Below, piece after piece: positions 18,801-28,456 of a stretch of DNA of 64,000 nucleotides. The translations under genes and the position numbers were made by a program. The stretch is taken from contig CAWETI010000002.1 in the NCBI GenBank assembly GCA_963812015.1, forward strand, positions 800,001-864,000. The letters run 5' to 3'. How positions within the stretch are numbered: the stretch's first letter is position 1; each line of letters starts with the position of its first letter. The stretch comes from an uncultured delta proteobacterium. GTDB lineage: Bacteria; Desulfobacterota; Desulfobaccia; Desulfobaccales; 0-14-0-80-60-11. A model generated the notes under the pieces. The model saw only the letters and a list, made by a program, of their open reading frames with translations, made no database searches and was not told the DNA's origin.

Positions 18801-21800
18801 TTCTTCAGAGAAATTGGGGGCATATTCCCGGCGGATAGCGGCCAATAGGGACGGTTTTAAGAATCGTCCAAAGGACTCCAGGACAAAGGCGCTGACCTCC
18901 CGCTGAATGATTCTTTCCAACGGGTCAACAGGGCCAAAAGAGGCCATTGCCGCCGGTTTCACTACCGTTGTCGCCGGTGCGGCGGGCCACTGTGCCGTCC
19001 GGACCCCAGGGAGAGAAATGAACTTGAGCGGGCCCGTGACTTTGAGATGACCCCGGGCAAACAACTGGCCCATAGCCGACTGCAAGGTCGTCTTCTCCGC
19101 ATCCGGGAGGCAGGTGGCAATACAATCGGGTGATTCCAAGATTTGGGTGACGAGGTTGCTCATGGTGTCTCCCGGCCCCACTTCCATGAAAACCCTGATG
19201 CCGTAATCTTGCCGAAGGGTGCGGACGTTGCTCATCCATTGCACCGGGGACTCCAGGTGCGCCATGATGATCTTCTTGATTTCCACCGGATCCGCCGGAA
19301 AAGACGTCTTAGTCGTGTTGGAAATCACCGGGATGCGGGGGGCGTGGAAGGGAATGTGGCTAAGGAACTCTTCCATTTCATCATGGATGACCCGCATGAG
19401 GGGAGAATGAAAGGCCATGCTAACCTTGAGCTGGGTGGCCCGGTACCCCTCGGCCTTGATCTCCTCCCGCAAGGCCTGGATCGTGGCGGTATCGCCGCCT
19501 ACCACCACTTGGCTGGGGGAGTTGTAATTAGTGATGTAGGCCTGTTCCAGCCCCTTGATCTTCGCTTGCACCAATTCCAGAGGGGCGTCGGTGGCGATCA
19601 TGATGCCGGGGTCCAGGTTCAGCTCGCAAGCTTTGTCCATGCAGCTCGCCCGCATGTTCACCAGGCGGAAGCCGTCCTCAAAGGAAAAGACTCCTGACGT
19701 GGCCAAGGCCGTGAGCTCTCCCAGGCTGTGGCCCGCCATGGCCCTGGGCTCGATCCCCAGGGACCGGAGATACTGCATAATGGCAAATTCGAGGCAAAAG
19801 GTGGCGGGCTGTTGCCAGCGGGTTTTCTGCAAGTCCTCCTCCCGGTCCTGGAACAGCAGGTCCAGCAGGTCGAACTCGGCTAGGGCCGCCGCCCGGTCCA
19901 GCCAGTGGCGGATCACCGGGAAGGTTTCGTAAAGCTCGTAGCCCATACCGGCGTATTGGGCTCCCTGCCCGGGGAAGACCAGGGCGAGGGGTTGGGGCGC
20001 GACGCCCTCCTCCCCCAGAAAGAAGCCCTTGCGCCCCAGGACCCGCAGCATCTTCTCCGAAAGGGGGACTTCCGGCGCCAGGGGCTGCAATTCCTGAACC
20101 CGGCTGCGAGCCTCCGCCTCAGAGGTGGCCACCACCGCCAGGCGGTATGCCTGCCCGGCCACCTCGGTCCGGCCACAGAACACCCCTTCCGGCAGGTCCT
20201 GGTTGCCGCCGGCGGTCGCCGCCGGGGGCGCCTCGCCGGGGAGCGATACCAGCACGGCGTCATTCCCTTTCCTGGATTCCTCCAGGTGCATGACATAGTT
20301 GGAGCCGCCAAATCCGAAGGAGTTAACCTGGAGTCGCCGGGGACGGTCATTGGCGGATTTCCACTCCGAAGGTTCGGTTGGCACCACGAGGCCCGAACCC
20401 TCGATGGCCATTTCAGGATCAGGGGTCCGGTAGTTGAGGGTGGCTGGGAAGACTCCCGTTTGCATGGCCTTGACGCCTCGGATGAGGCTGTTGAGGCCGG
20501 AGGCCCCTAGGGTGTGGCCGATCTGGGACTTAAAAGAGGTGCACATGGTGCGGCCGTTGCCCCGATAAAAGGTCTGCAGGGCCTTCACCTCCTCCACGTC
20601 CCCTTGAAAGGTCGAGGTGGCGTGGCACTCCACCAGATCCACGGCCTCCGGCCCATAAGGCGCGTCCCGGAAGGAGGCCCGGATGGCGATCTCCTGGGTC
20701 TCCCGGGAAGACTCCACCAGCCCCAAATGATTGTTACTGGCGCCGGTGCCGGTGAGATAGGCGTGCACCCGGGCCCCCCGGCGACTGGCGACCCGCTCCG
20801 ACTCGATGACAATCATGGCGCCGCCTTCGCCGAGCACCATGCCGTCCCGCTTGAGGTCAAAGGGCCGGCTGCTTTCCGCCGGTGGATAATCCTCGCCGGA
20901 CATTCCCGCCAGGGCCCCCAGGGCGGAAAATTCCTGGAAGTGGATGGGGGTTAGAGCCTCTTCGCCGCCTCCCACGATGGCCGCATCGATGATGCCGTTG
21001 CGGATCAACTGCATGGCGCTGTAGAGCGCCACCAGGGAAGTGGCGCAGGCCGCTGACACTGCGAAGCTGGGGCCCATGAAGCCGTATTTGTTGGAGATAT
21101 AGCCGCCGGCGGTACAATTGAGCCGCCCCAGCAGGGTGGTGTCGTCAATGGCCAGGCGCCCGGAGATAACCTCCCGGGTGAGAGCCTCCTGGCCTTCCGG
21201 GGTCAGAGGCACCACTCGCTGGATGGAGTTCAGGATTCCCCCCCAGGCTCCCCGCACCAGGATGTCCATCAAGGTCCCCGCGGCCTCGCCGGAGTTTTGG
21301 GAGATCAACACGGCAATACGATCTCTGGGGATGTCGGCGGCGAGGATTCCCGAATCCTGGATGGCCTGGCTCGCCAGCCACAGGGTGACCTTGGTGGCGT
21401 GAGTCATGGTGCGGAAGTCCTGGGGTGGAATGTTTAGATCTTTGCGGGAGATGTCCAGATTCTGAAAGGCTCCCACTTTGCAATAGATTTTTTCCGGCAT
21501 CCGGGGACGCGGGTGGTAGAAGAGCCGGTAGTCCCACCGTTCCGGGGGCACATAAGTGATGCCGGATTTCATGGCCAGGCTGGCGGCCCAGACCTCAGCC
21601 GGAGAGTTCCCCAAGGCGTTGACCACACTCATGCCGGTGATGGCGATGCGTTCTCGCCCGGGCTCCCGGAAGGCGGTGCCCCGGGGCGGCCGCCCCGGCA
21701 TCGCCGCGGCAGCCCCCCGGACCGGGCCGATCTCGGGCTGCGTCAGGTGGAGCGGCCCTTCGGCCAGATCCTGATGGAGCTTTGCGACCGACTTAACCCC

Positions 21801-23798
21801 CGTGATCGCCCCAGCGCAGGCGCCGCTCATAAACTGGCCCTTATCCAGGCAGGTGGCCGGGGACAGCGGCGGCCCCTGGGGCCCTGCGGTGCCCCTGGCC
21901 GCCACAAGCAGGCTTCCGGCCGTCAGGGTCTCCATCTCCCGGCGAAAGGAGGCCTCCTCCTGGCGACCGCCCTGGAAATCCCGCTCCAGGGCCGCCAGGC
22001 GATCCATCGCCGGAGTTTTCAGCGACCGTACCCGCAACCCGGTGGCTTCGCCGCTCACCACGGTGCTCCCGGGGGTGGCTTCCAGGATCAGCCTTTGATA
22101 GAGGGCGGTCAAGGCCCCGGTGCTAACTATCTCCTCGGTCGCCAAGTAGGCAGTCCCCACTTGAATGGCGTCGGCTCCCAGCATGACAGCCATAAAGGCC
22201 GTCTCCCGCTGATAGATGCCCCCCGCCAGAACAATCCGGCGCCCTTCAAGGAGGTGCGGTTCGCGGTGCTTCAATTCCAGGGCGATTTGGGCCAGGGTGA
22301 GAGTAGTATGTTGCCCCACGTGGCCGCCGGCTTCATTGCCCTCCAGGATGAGATAGCGTACCCCGACACTGCAAGCCAGACGCAAGAGGTCTTCATTGGG
22401 GGCGAGATACATCACCTCGAGGCCCCGATGCCGCAAGTCCTGGGCAAAAGATGGTTCCCCTGCGGCGATTACTGTAAATCGGGGGCGTTTACGGGTGATC
22501 CATTCCAACTGGGCGTCCCGGTGGGGATTTTCTGCCAGGGCGATGATATTCACAGCGTAGGGCCGGTCCTCCATGACCTCCGACAACCGTTGCAGCTTCC
22601 CGGTCAGGGCATCCTGATCCATGAGGCCCAAGGCCACCGTGGGCAGCCCCCCGGCGTCCGCCACCGCCCGCGCGAATTCCGGGACGTCGGTGATCCAGGA
22701 CATAGCCCCCTGAATAATGGGGTAACGGGTGCCCATTTCCCGGGCCACGGGGGTCTGGGCCAGGAGGTCCGCCTGTTCCCGGGCCCGGGCGCACTGTGCG
22801 GCCACGTCGGCCAGAAAGCCATCCAGGGCCTCCTGGGTGCCGGAGCCATAACGCGCCGCAAAGGAGGCGGCAAAGGCCGCCTCTATTCCCAGGGGGATGA
22901 GCTCTTCCCGGCGAAAACTGCTCTCCTGGGGCGCCTGGGCCGCCCGGACGGCCTCCCGGGCAAAGGTCCGGCTTTCCTCCTCGGTCACCGTCTCCGTTCC
23001 GGTGGGCACCGCCTCAAGTAGCCGCTTGACCGCCTGGGAATTTCCCTTGTTGAAGACTCGAAAAGGTGCGTTAAGATTAAGCCCCACCAACTGGGTATGA
23101 TCGGGACGCAATTTCGCCAGACCCTGCCGGGAGGATTCTCCCAGCCCGGCTAGGTCGGTCAGCCAATGGAGGCTCTCCAGCACGATTCCCTTGGCGCCGG
23201 TAGTGAGAAAAGCCGCGGCCGCTTCCGGGGTGGCCACGCCTCCCCAAATTACCAGCCCCAGCGCCGACTCCCGATGACGGAGACGGTCGCACAGAGCGGC
23301 GTACAAGGTAAAGGTGGATTCACTGCTCACCAAGCCACCCGCCTCACTGCCCTTGAGCACCACCTGGGGCAGGTCGGCATGCTGATCCAGCACTTCCAGG
23401 ATAAGAGACACATCGCTGAGGATAGGAAAGATATCCACGCCAGGGCTTAAAGCGGTCAAGCGTTTCAAAGCGGGGTGCGCAGAATCGTCCAGCAACAGGG
23501 GATGGAACTCCACCCAAAGGCCCTTTATGGCCAGAGATTCCAGCAACTCCGGAAGCGCCTGATCCCAAATCGCCTCAGGAGCCACCTTGAAGTGGACGGC
23601 CTCTCCCTGGGCGCCGATCCGGTTAAGGACCGGGGCCGCGGCCGTAAGAGGCAGGTGTGACAGATCAACCAGGCCGATAGTACCGGAATTCACCGCCATC
23701 TTGGCCACTGCCGGAGAGAACTCCTCCGGTCGCCAGACCGTGGCAATTATCGGACGAGTGTTCGCAACCACCCTGATTCTTCCGCAAGACTCACCCAT
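15813..23798 (-). CDS. Iterative type I PKS/FAS (Pfa-like secondary lipid synthase): FabK/PfaD-like ER repeats-KS-AT-ACP-KR-DH
   Basis: Two TIM-barrel ER-like repeats (LKGSEAGG; IIQGAM...EGNEAGGH); KS AACATS/ECHATST/GHTLGA; AT FPGQG/GHSLG/AFHS; ACP DLAIRSS; KR GGGYGIT/HGAGVLRD/YTAAN; DH WIADHKP; no TE domain. Confidence 0.93.
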   Translation of the reverse strand: MGESCGRIRVVANTRPIIATVWRPEEFSPAVAKMAVNSGTIGLVDLSHLPLTAAAPVLNRIGAQGEAVHFKVAPEAIWDQALPELLESLAIKGLWVEFHPLLLDDSAHPALKRLTALSPGVDIFPILSDVSLILEVLDQHADLPQVVLKGSEAGGLVSSESTFTLYAALCDRLRHRESALGLVIWGGVATPEAAAAFLTTGAKGIVLESLHWLTDLAGLGESSRQGLAKLRPDHTQLVGLNLNAPFRVFNKGNSQAVKRLLEAVPTGTETVTEEESRTFAREAVRAAQAPQESSFRREELIPLGIEAAFAASFAARYGSGTQEALDGFLADVAAQCARAREQADLLAQTPVAREMGTRYPIIQGAMSWITDVPEFARAVADAGGLPTVALGLMDQDALTGKLQRLSEVMEDRPYAVNIIALAENPHRDAQLEWITRKRPRFTVIAAGEPSFAQDLRHRGLEVMYLAPNEDLLRLACSVGVRYLILEGNEAGGHVGQHTTLTLAQIALELKHREPHLLEGRRIVLAGGIYQRETAFMAVMLGADAIQVGTAYLATEEIVSTGALTALYQRLILEATPGSTVVSGEATGLRVRSLKTPAMDRLAALERDFQGGRQEEASFRREMETLTAGSLLVAARGTAGPQGPPLSPATCLDKGQFMSGACAGAITGVKSVAKLHQDLAEGPLHLTQPEIGPVRGAAAAMPGRPPRGTAFREPGRERIAITGMSVVNALGNSPAEVWAASLAMKSGITYVPPERWDYRLFYHPRPRMPEKIYCKVGAFQNLDISRKDLNIPPQDFRTMTHATKVTLWLASQAIQDSGILAADIPRDRIAVLISQNSGEAAGTLMDILVRGAWGGILNSIQRVVPLTPEGQEALTREVISGRLAIDDTTLLGRLNCTAGGYISNKYGFMGPSFAVSAACATSLVALYSAMQLIRNGIIDAAIVGGGEEALTPIHFQEFSALGALAGMSGEDYPPAESSRPFDLKRDGMVLGEGGAMIVIESERVASRRGARVHAYLTGTGASNNHLGLVESSRETQEIAIRASFRDAPYGPEAVDLVECHATSTFQGDVEEVKALQTFYRGNGRTMCTSFKSQIGHTLGASGLNSLIRGVKAMQTGVFPATLNYRTPDPEMAIEGSGLVVPTEPSEWKSANDRPRRLQVNSFGFGGSNYVMHLEESRKGNDAVLVSLPGEAPPAATAGGNQDLPEGVFCGRTEVAGQAYRLAVVATSEAEARSRVQELQPLAPEVPLSEKMLRVLGRKGFFLGEEGVAPQPLALVFPGQGAQYAGMGYELYETFPVIRHWLDRAAALAEFDLLDLLFQDREEDLQKTRWQQPATFCLEFAIMQYLRSLGIEPRAMAGHSLGELTALATSGVFSFEDGFRLVNMRASCMDKACELNLDPGIMIATDAPLELVQAKIKGLEQAYITNYNSPSQVVVGGDTATIQALREEIKAEGYRATQLKVSMAFHSPLMRVIHDEMEEFLSHIPFHAPRIPVISNTTKTSFPADPVEIKKIIMAHLESPVQWMSNVRTLRQDYGIRVFMEVGPGDTMSNLVTQILESPDCIATCLPDAEKTTLQSAMGQLFARGHLKVTGPLKFISLPGVRTAQWPAAPATTVVKPAAMASFGPVDPLERIIQREVSAFVLESFGRFLKPSLLAAIRREYAPNFSEENLEQLLQSRQAAWTPPVVPSNNPATTLAAAPLPAVEPSPSPPRALPEAGADYLEEVIGLIMEATGYERDEIEPDMDLRSDLAIRSSRFPVIIDAAESRFGIEIRLEDFLDVRTVRELASRISEVVARGEGRETPPAGAQAAPAASGAAVDAPLGQVKPLKRVVFGPVPLPDFSPQPLELTSSDTVAILYPGGSSAWLEEVSELFRREWGCAVQSLAFLEAGPEGTGFDLRQPEGARQAALKLSADPSLAGLVILLDDSFTCRLQGMDDLPCLLAGCFPLLQSLGAASRKKFALALHRSPDEAGEEHLLSQGLLGLFLSAALEYPDLLFRTVRLDRETKLLPALRQALDPQQPVIDTWYRQGQVMTTAGRVVLVEGMSEPTLALNRGDVLVFSGGGYGITTHLVECLATFNPQVVLLGRTAIDLDEEISKLLLAEEPSEKALRWQIMQQRPDISQEALQQELARLFQARQVMQSLEELRAAGMEVAYLSCDVTYPDQVQETVNEIIRRYGRIDGLVHGAGVLRDKLLAHLNPEEVAAVLDVKFKGAWNLFNAASEAGLRFVVALSSVAAIQGNRGQTNYTAANRMMSALLSQIKAQHPAILCKALSLPPISGGGMADNPDLRRLLEKMGVGYLEPQELKELFCRELFLTGPQDVWVMFMSRLPEIKHLRLDTADPKPAPPGLQDGAMVFAPEQFPLIDAISYLDLQAGVLQASRVFSRERDLWIADHKPFKFLKHPLVSAIMALETFMEAARLLYPYLEVREVREVEFLEAIEVPPEVAINSIITCHRLREPGGEVVCQLTMESPLLSPTGKVLDKKDINYRAQVVLSGAAPPAWPNLPGFPLKLEDLDTRTEELEKIIGWYDQRTAMQGRYRVIEHLDGSGPGLVRGAAAYRTEMDFSHLQAPSLQYSPYVMEALMQMTNFYIVMRNEEDERTFIPVRIEAMSFTRRCRNQERVILEARLQDEDSNGFTWDAQALDADGQPLMKVRGLRLHSFSE

Positions 23799-23954
23799 TG
23801 ATCATCTGCTCCTCATAATGGAGAGAGAAATAGACCGTTTCGGCCTTAGGTCAAGACATCGCCAGATCGTGCGCAGGTTGGCCCCCTGCGTTGACGTATC
23901 CTCTCCTTGGTCTCGTCGTCCAGAACCTGCAATGAGAGATGCAATCACCCAATA

Positions 23955-25094
23955 CTATGGCGTCAATTCTTTCCGGTATATCCTAAATCTCTTATTCACT
24001 TTGGCGCCCCCATCCATATACCACTGGTTGATCAGGTCATTGTCTTCAAGATTCCAGCCTAACTCAATATACTGGTATCCCTTATATTTAGGATTTTCAA
24101 TAATCGTCCGGAAAAGGTAGTCGAAGGCTAATAGGGGTAGCCCCATTTGGCGGTACTTTTTTCTAATCCCAAAAATCAACCCCCGATGCCCATTGATTTC
24201 CCGCCGGTAGAGGAGAAACTTGAGCCATCCCAGCATTCCTATTTTACCATTGAGCCGTTTTAACAAGGGATTGATATCCGGAATGACGACTCCCACCCCG
24301 ATCGGCTCCTGGCCATCTAGCATAAAAAAACCCAAGTCAGGATCCATGATGCGCGCCAAGCTGTGGCCGATCTCTTCCCACTCGGCATCGGTCATGGGGA
24401 CAAACCCCCAGTTGTCAAACCAGGCTTCGTGATAGATCTCCTTCACATACTTCAATTCGTTGTGGAAATCTTCTCGAACTCGGATAGGCCGTATTTGGAT
24501 GTTGGCCTTTTTGGAGATGCGCCGGGCAAGACGCCCCACCCAGGGTGGCGGTTGCCAGTGGCGATCCACCCAAAACGACAGCAGGTCCTTTTCTTTGCTG
24601 TAACCGCAGGATTCCACCAATCCTGGATAGTAGGGGGGATTATACGTCATCATTACCACCGGGCGTTGTTGGTAGCCCTCCACCAGCAAGCCTGCCTCAT
24701 AGTTGCTGGAAGGATTTAAGGGGCCCCGCACAAAAGTCATTCCCTGACCCCGGAGCCATTCTTCCACCGCGCCCATGAGGGCTGCCGCGGCTTCTAAGTC
24801 TTTAGAGCACTCGAAAAATCCCCATATTCCCATGCGCTCATCGTGGAACCGGTTGTAATTATGGTCCACGATGCCAGCGATGCGGCCCACCGTCTCGGTA
24901 CCCCGCTGGGCCAGAAACAGCCTTTGCTCGGCAAATCGCCAGAAGGGATGCGTTTTAAGGTCAATTAGCTTAGCCACCTCCTTTTTCAAAGGGGGGACCC
25001 AGTTGGGGTCATGGGCGTAAATCTTCCATGGCAGTTCTAAAAAGGCCTTCATCTCCGAAGGTCGCGTGACGGTAATCAATTTCACCGGTGCCAT
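23955..25094 (-). CDS. YghO-like GNAT acyltransferase (bacterial ceramide synthase bCerS-like)
   Basis: DPNWVPPL, VGRIAG, GFFEC, RGPLNPSSNYEAGLLVEG, MTYNPPYY, NWGFVPMT, PDIN, LEDN pattern. Confidence 0.8.
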   Translation of the reverse strand: MAPVKLITVTRPSEMKAFLELPWKIYAHDPNWVPPLKKEVAKLIDLKTHPFWRFAEQRLFLAQRGTETVGRIAGIVDHNYNRFHDERMGIWGFFECSKDLEAAAALMGAVEEWLRGQGMTFVRGPLNPSSNYEAGLLVEGYQQRPVVMMTYNPPYYPGLVESCGYSKEKDLLSFWVDRHWQPPPWVGRLARRISKKANIQIRPIRVREDFHNELKYVKEIYHEAWFDNWGFVPMTDAEWEEIGHSLARIMDPDLGFFMLDGQEPIGVGVVIPDINPLLKRLNGKIGMLGWLKFLLYRREINGHRGLIFGIRKKYRQMGLPLLAFDYLFRTIIENPKYKGYQYIELGWNLEDNDLINQWYMDGGAKVNKRFRIYRKELTP

Positions 25095-25167
25095 GAAAAT
25101 TCCTTTATTATGGATTTACCGCACAGAAGCGATTCATGAGCACGCGGAAATGGTAGCCCGCGGCGGC

Positions 25168-25360
25168 CATGGACATACCATCTCCGGGCATGATAGGAAA
25201 CCATGGCGCCCATCTTGATCAGGCGCTTAATCAGCCAATCCATGGATCGTTTAACTACTTCGCCCCAGACATAGAACTGCCGGATCATGTTGAGGAGGTG
25301 GTAAGCCAGAAGCCCCATCTTCAACCGGGCTTGGTTGGCCTCGAAGCTCTGGCAACTGGT
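25168..25360 (-). mobile_element. IS1380-family transposase C-terminal fragment
   Basis: SCQSFEANQARLKMGLLAYHLLNMIR...RLIKMGAMVSYHARRWYVH. Confidence 0.7.
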
Positions 25361-25924
25361 CTTATAGTTATGCTTATTTCAGGCAATTCTTGCGGCATAA
25401 TCAAGGATATGAATACTCTCCTCACCTACCTACCAACCATCAAAAATAATCAGGGATTAGGCCTGACACTTGGCACAAAAACTTTAAATGTCGCCAGGGT
25501 CTTAGATAACGCTATGATATCCATGTCAACCTGGATTATGCAGCAAAAATTGAGAGAAAATAGTATAATATATTGATATAATTAGATATATTAGTAAATT
25601 AGGGGTGTTCCAAGATGCTCGTCAATGCTGAAAGCCAGAATGGATTGATTCAGCCGGATTTAAACCAAAATATCATAACAGATTTTCAAGGGCAAAGATC
25701 ACTTCAGGCGTTAATTTTCTTCTGGTGCGAGAGATTGATGACCTTTCAGGATCATTAACCAAAGGAAAGATTGCCTGGAAGACTTTGGGCCACATATTCG
25801 AAGCATTCCTTAGTCCAGATGGTGCATGAATGGAGGCCCGCCTGGTTTCCATCTTTGTCAAGGAGGCGGTGGCTCTTGCACTTGGACCTCGCCAAAGAGA
25901 GAGAAAGGTAAACAAGAAATAAGA

Positions 25925-26068
25925 TTACCGACTTCTCTTTTGATCTCTCGAAATAATCTCAATTATAAACAAAATGCCAATCAATACACTTAATATTGAT
26001 CCCGCAAGAATCGCGATTGGCAATTCTTTCCAACCTATTTCCATAATATTTTCTTCGGTCGTGGTCAT
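25925..26068 (-). CDS. Small membrane protein (47 aa)
   Basis: SD AAGGA; single hydrophobic helix LPIAILAGSILSVLIGILFIIEII and basic tail. Confidence 0.5.
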   Translation of the reverse strand: MTTTEENIMEIGWKELPIAILAGSILSVLIGILFIIEIISRDQKRSR

Positions 26069-26097
26069 GGTTTGTTCCTTGTGGACAAGGCAATCCT

Positions 26098-26376
26098 CCG
26101 AGATTTTGCAGCAACCCGGGCCACCGAATTCCAAAAACGGTTTTGGCGACCTCTCTTTCCGGGTTTAACCCCGGAAAGCTTCTTCTTTTACAGCCAAATT
26201 ATCTCGTGGGAGGCATGATAGCACAAATTTCGCTGAAAGAGTAATTTCCCCAAAAATCTGAGCAGACCAAACCCTTAGAATCAAAATGCTTCACTGCTGT
26301 GGAGCTTAAGGAGTCCATGCCAGCACCGCCCGTAAATGGTTAGCCAGTGGAAAAGCTGAGGTCGCATGCACATTAG
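26098..26376 (-). mobile_element. IS1380-family right-end remnant (last codons of transposase plus terminal region)
   Basis: VHATSAFPLANHLRAVLAW* continues the ...WYVH of the fragment at 25168; CCGAGATTTTGCA at 26098 resembles IS1380-type terminal IRs. Confidence 0.5.
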
Positions 26377-26412
26377 ACCTCCGGGCTGGATCAGAGGTGT
26401 CGATAGCTGCTA

Positions 26413-26458
26413 TGATCCGAAACTTATCACAGAGCCAAAAACTTCCCCATATCCAGAA
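26413..26458 (+). repeat. ~45-bp direct repeat, copy 1 (copy 2 at 28094-28138)
   Basis: TGATCCGAAACTTATCAC(A/T)GAGCCAAAAAC...CCATATCCAGAA present twice. Confidence 0.9.
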
Positions 26459-26822
26459 GATATGTGCTCTTTGGTGGCCGGCCCCGCCGCTGTCTCTGTC
26501 TCTTTTTCGGCTTCCGTTCTCCCTACGCCCCTTGGGGGCTAAAGGTTTCACGGTTATCGGGCCCAGAGCGCAGGCGTACCCTCAGGGTCAACGGCCCTGG
26601 GGGATGGGTTCGTCTCCCTCGGTCAGTCGCGGCCATGTGGGAATCGGCGCCTCCTGCACCGATGGCCCGGCCACCCATCGACTCCGAATCCCCGACACAA
26701 GCCGGCAGGGAGTGTTCACGACCTGGCTAAAGGCCTGGTTGAAGCAATGAGAGCCCCCCCTGAGGCGATCATCCTATCCCTGGACCCGTCCCGCCGGCCA
26801 CTGGTGCACCGCAGGTCCGGCC

Positions 26823-28076
26823 TTGCCCCTACCTACGACGGCCCCTTTACCCCTCCTCATTCCTGTGAACTCTGCCCAGGGTACGGCAAACTTGGCCCAC
26901 CGTCTCCTCCTGTCCGGGGCCACCTCCGGCGATCTGAACACGGTCCTGGACGCCATCGATGGCTTACCGGCCAACCCCAATGTCCGGGACGCCTTCAAGC
27001 AGATCTCCCCGGATAAGGCCGGGGCCCTGTCCACCCTGGCCTTTGCCGGGGCAGCCTCCCAGATGCGCAACCAGGCCCAGCGGATCACCGATCTGAGCTT
27101 CGGTGGCCGGGAGGCCGGAGTCCTGGGTGGGCTCCCCGGGTCCTTTGACCTCAATTACTCACGGACGGGGGGGCTGATGTTGGCCTATAACTCCGCCAGC
27201 CTGGCCGGGCTGATCACGGAAAAGCCCAAGGCAGCCCCCGAGAGCCGCTGGGGTCTCTACCTTGACCCGTCCCTCATCTTGGGGTCTCAGCAATCCTCGG
27301 TGAACCAGACGGGATTTAACTTCACCATGGCGGGCTTCACTGCCGGGGCCGACTACCGGGTTCGGGACAACCTCCTGGTGGGCCTGGCTACGGGCTACAG
27401 CCACACCAATTCCAGTTTCTTCGGCTCCGGGGGCGGGGTCCAGACCAACACGTGGCCCCTGACGGCCTACGCAGCCTACCTGCCCCAGTCCTTTTACGCT
27501 TACGGCTCCCTGGGCTATGCCCTGAACCTCTTCAACCTGCAGCGGCAGATCGGCTTTGGGGGCCTCAACCGCACCGCCACCAGCTCCACTACGGGCAATC
27601 AGCTCAACGCTTACGGGGAGGCGGGGTACGACCTGAAGGCCAGTTCCCTGGTAATAACCCCCGTGGTTTCCCTGGCCTACTCCGGCCTCTGGGTGGACAG
27701 CCTGACGGAGAACGGCGCCGGGGCCCTGAACCTCAAGGTCTCTCCTCAAAACGCCACCTCTCTGCAAACGGGGGTAGGCGCTAAGGTGGCCGCGCCTTTG
27801 AAGAGGGGCCCGGTGACGGTGGTGTCTCAGGCCTACGCCACCTACCAGCACGAGTTCGCCAACGACAGCCGGGGCCTCAACGCCAGCCTCAGCCAGAGCG
27901 GTAGCACCTTCAATTTTCAGACGGACGCCGCCCCCAAGAACTATGCCTTGGTGGGGGCCAACGTGACCATCTTGACCGACAAAAACTTCCGGGTTGAACT
28001 CAACTACAATACCGAAGTGGGCCGATCCAACTACACCGCCCATTCCGCCTACGCCGGGGTGCGCTGGGAATTTTAA
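26823..28076 (+). pseudogene. Autotransporter beta-barrel domain, 5'-truncated (no signal peptide or passenger)
   Basis: Linker helix then amphipathic strands (GFTAGADY, GEAGYD, TENGAGALNL), terminal GVRWEF. Confidence 0.8.
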
Positions 28077-28093
28077 TGTGCAGACACCTGCCC

Positions 28094-28138
28094 TGATCCG
28101 AAACTTATCACTGAGCCAAAAACCTTCCATATCCAGAA
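28094..28138 (+). repeat. ~45-bp direct repeat, copy 2
   Basis: Near-identical to 26413-26458; starts 17 nt after the autotransporter stop. Confidence 0.9.
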
Positions 28139-28456
28139 CACAGCAAAACGAAAAGCAGGAGGGCGCCGAGGTATCCGTAACGGCCTAATGCCGTTAAGAA
28201 TATGCTTCTCCCCCCCATCCCGCTGGCCTGGGTTTCATTAGGTTGCCCGGCAAGGTTGCCTCTGTTCACTTCTTCGGCGGGAACTTATTGAAAATAAAAA
28301 AAACCCGATAAAATAGTGGGGATATTTTTATCGGGGCCTAGGCAGGTATCTGACGAGAGCGATGGCCGGCACCCCGTTTTCCGCCCATGAGGGAGGATTG
28401 CGGATTGGGAGTTAATCGCTGACGTATCGGAAGCGGCGGGGAAATCGAGGGCGTCG

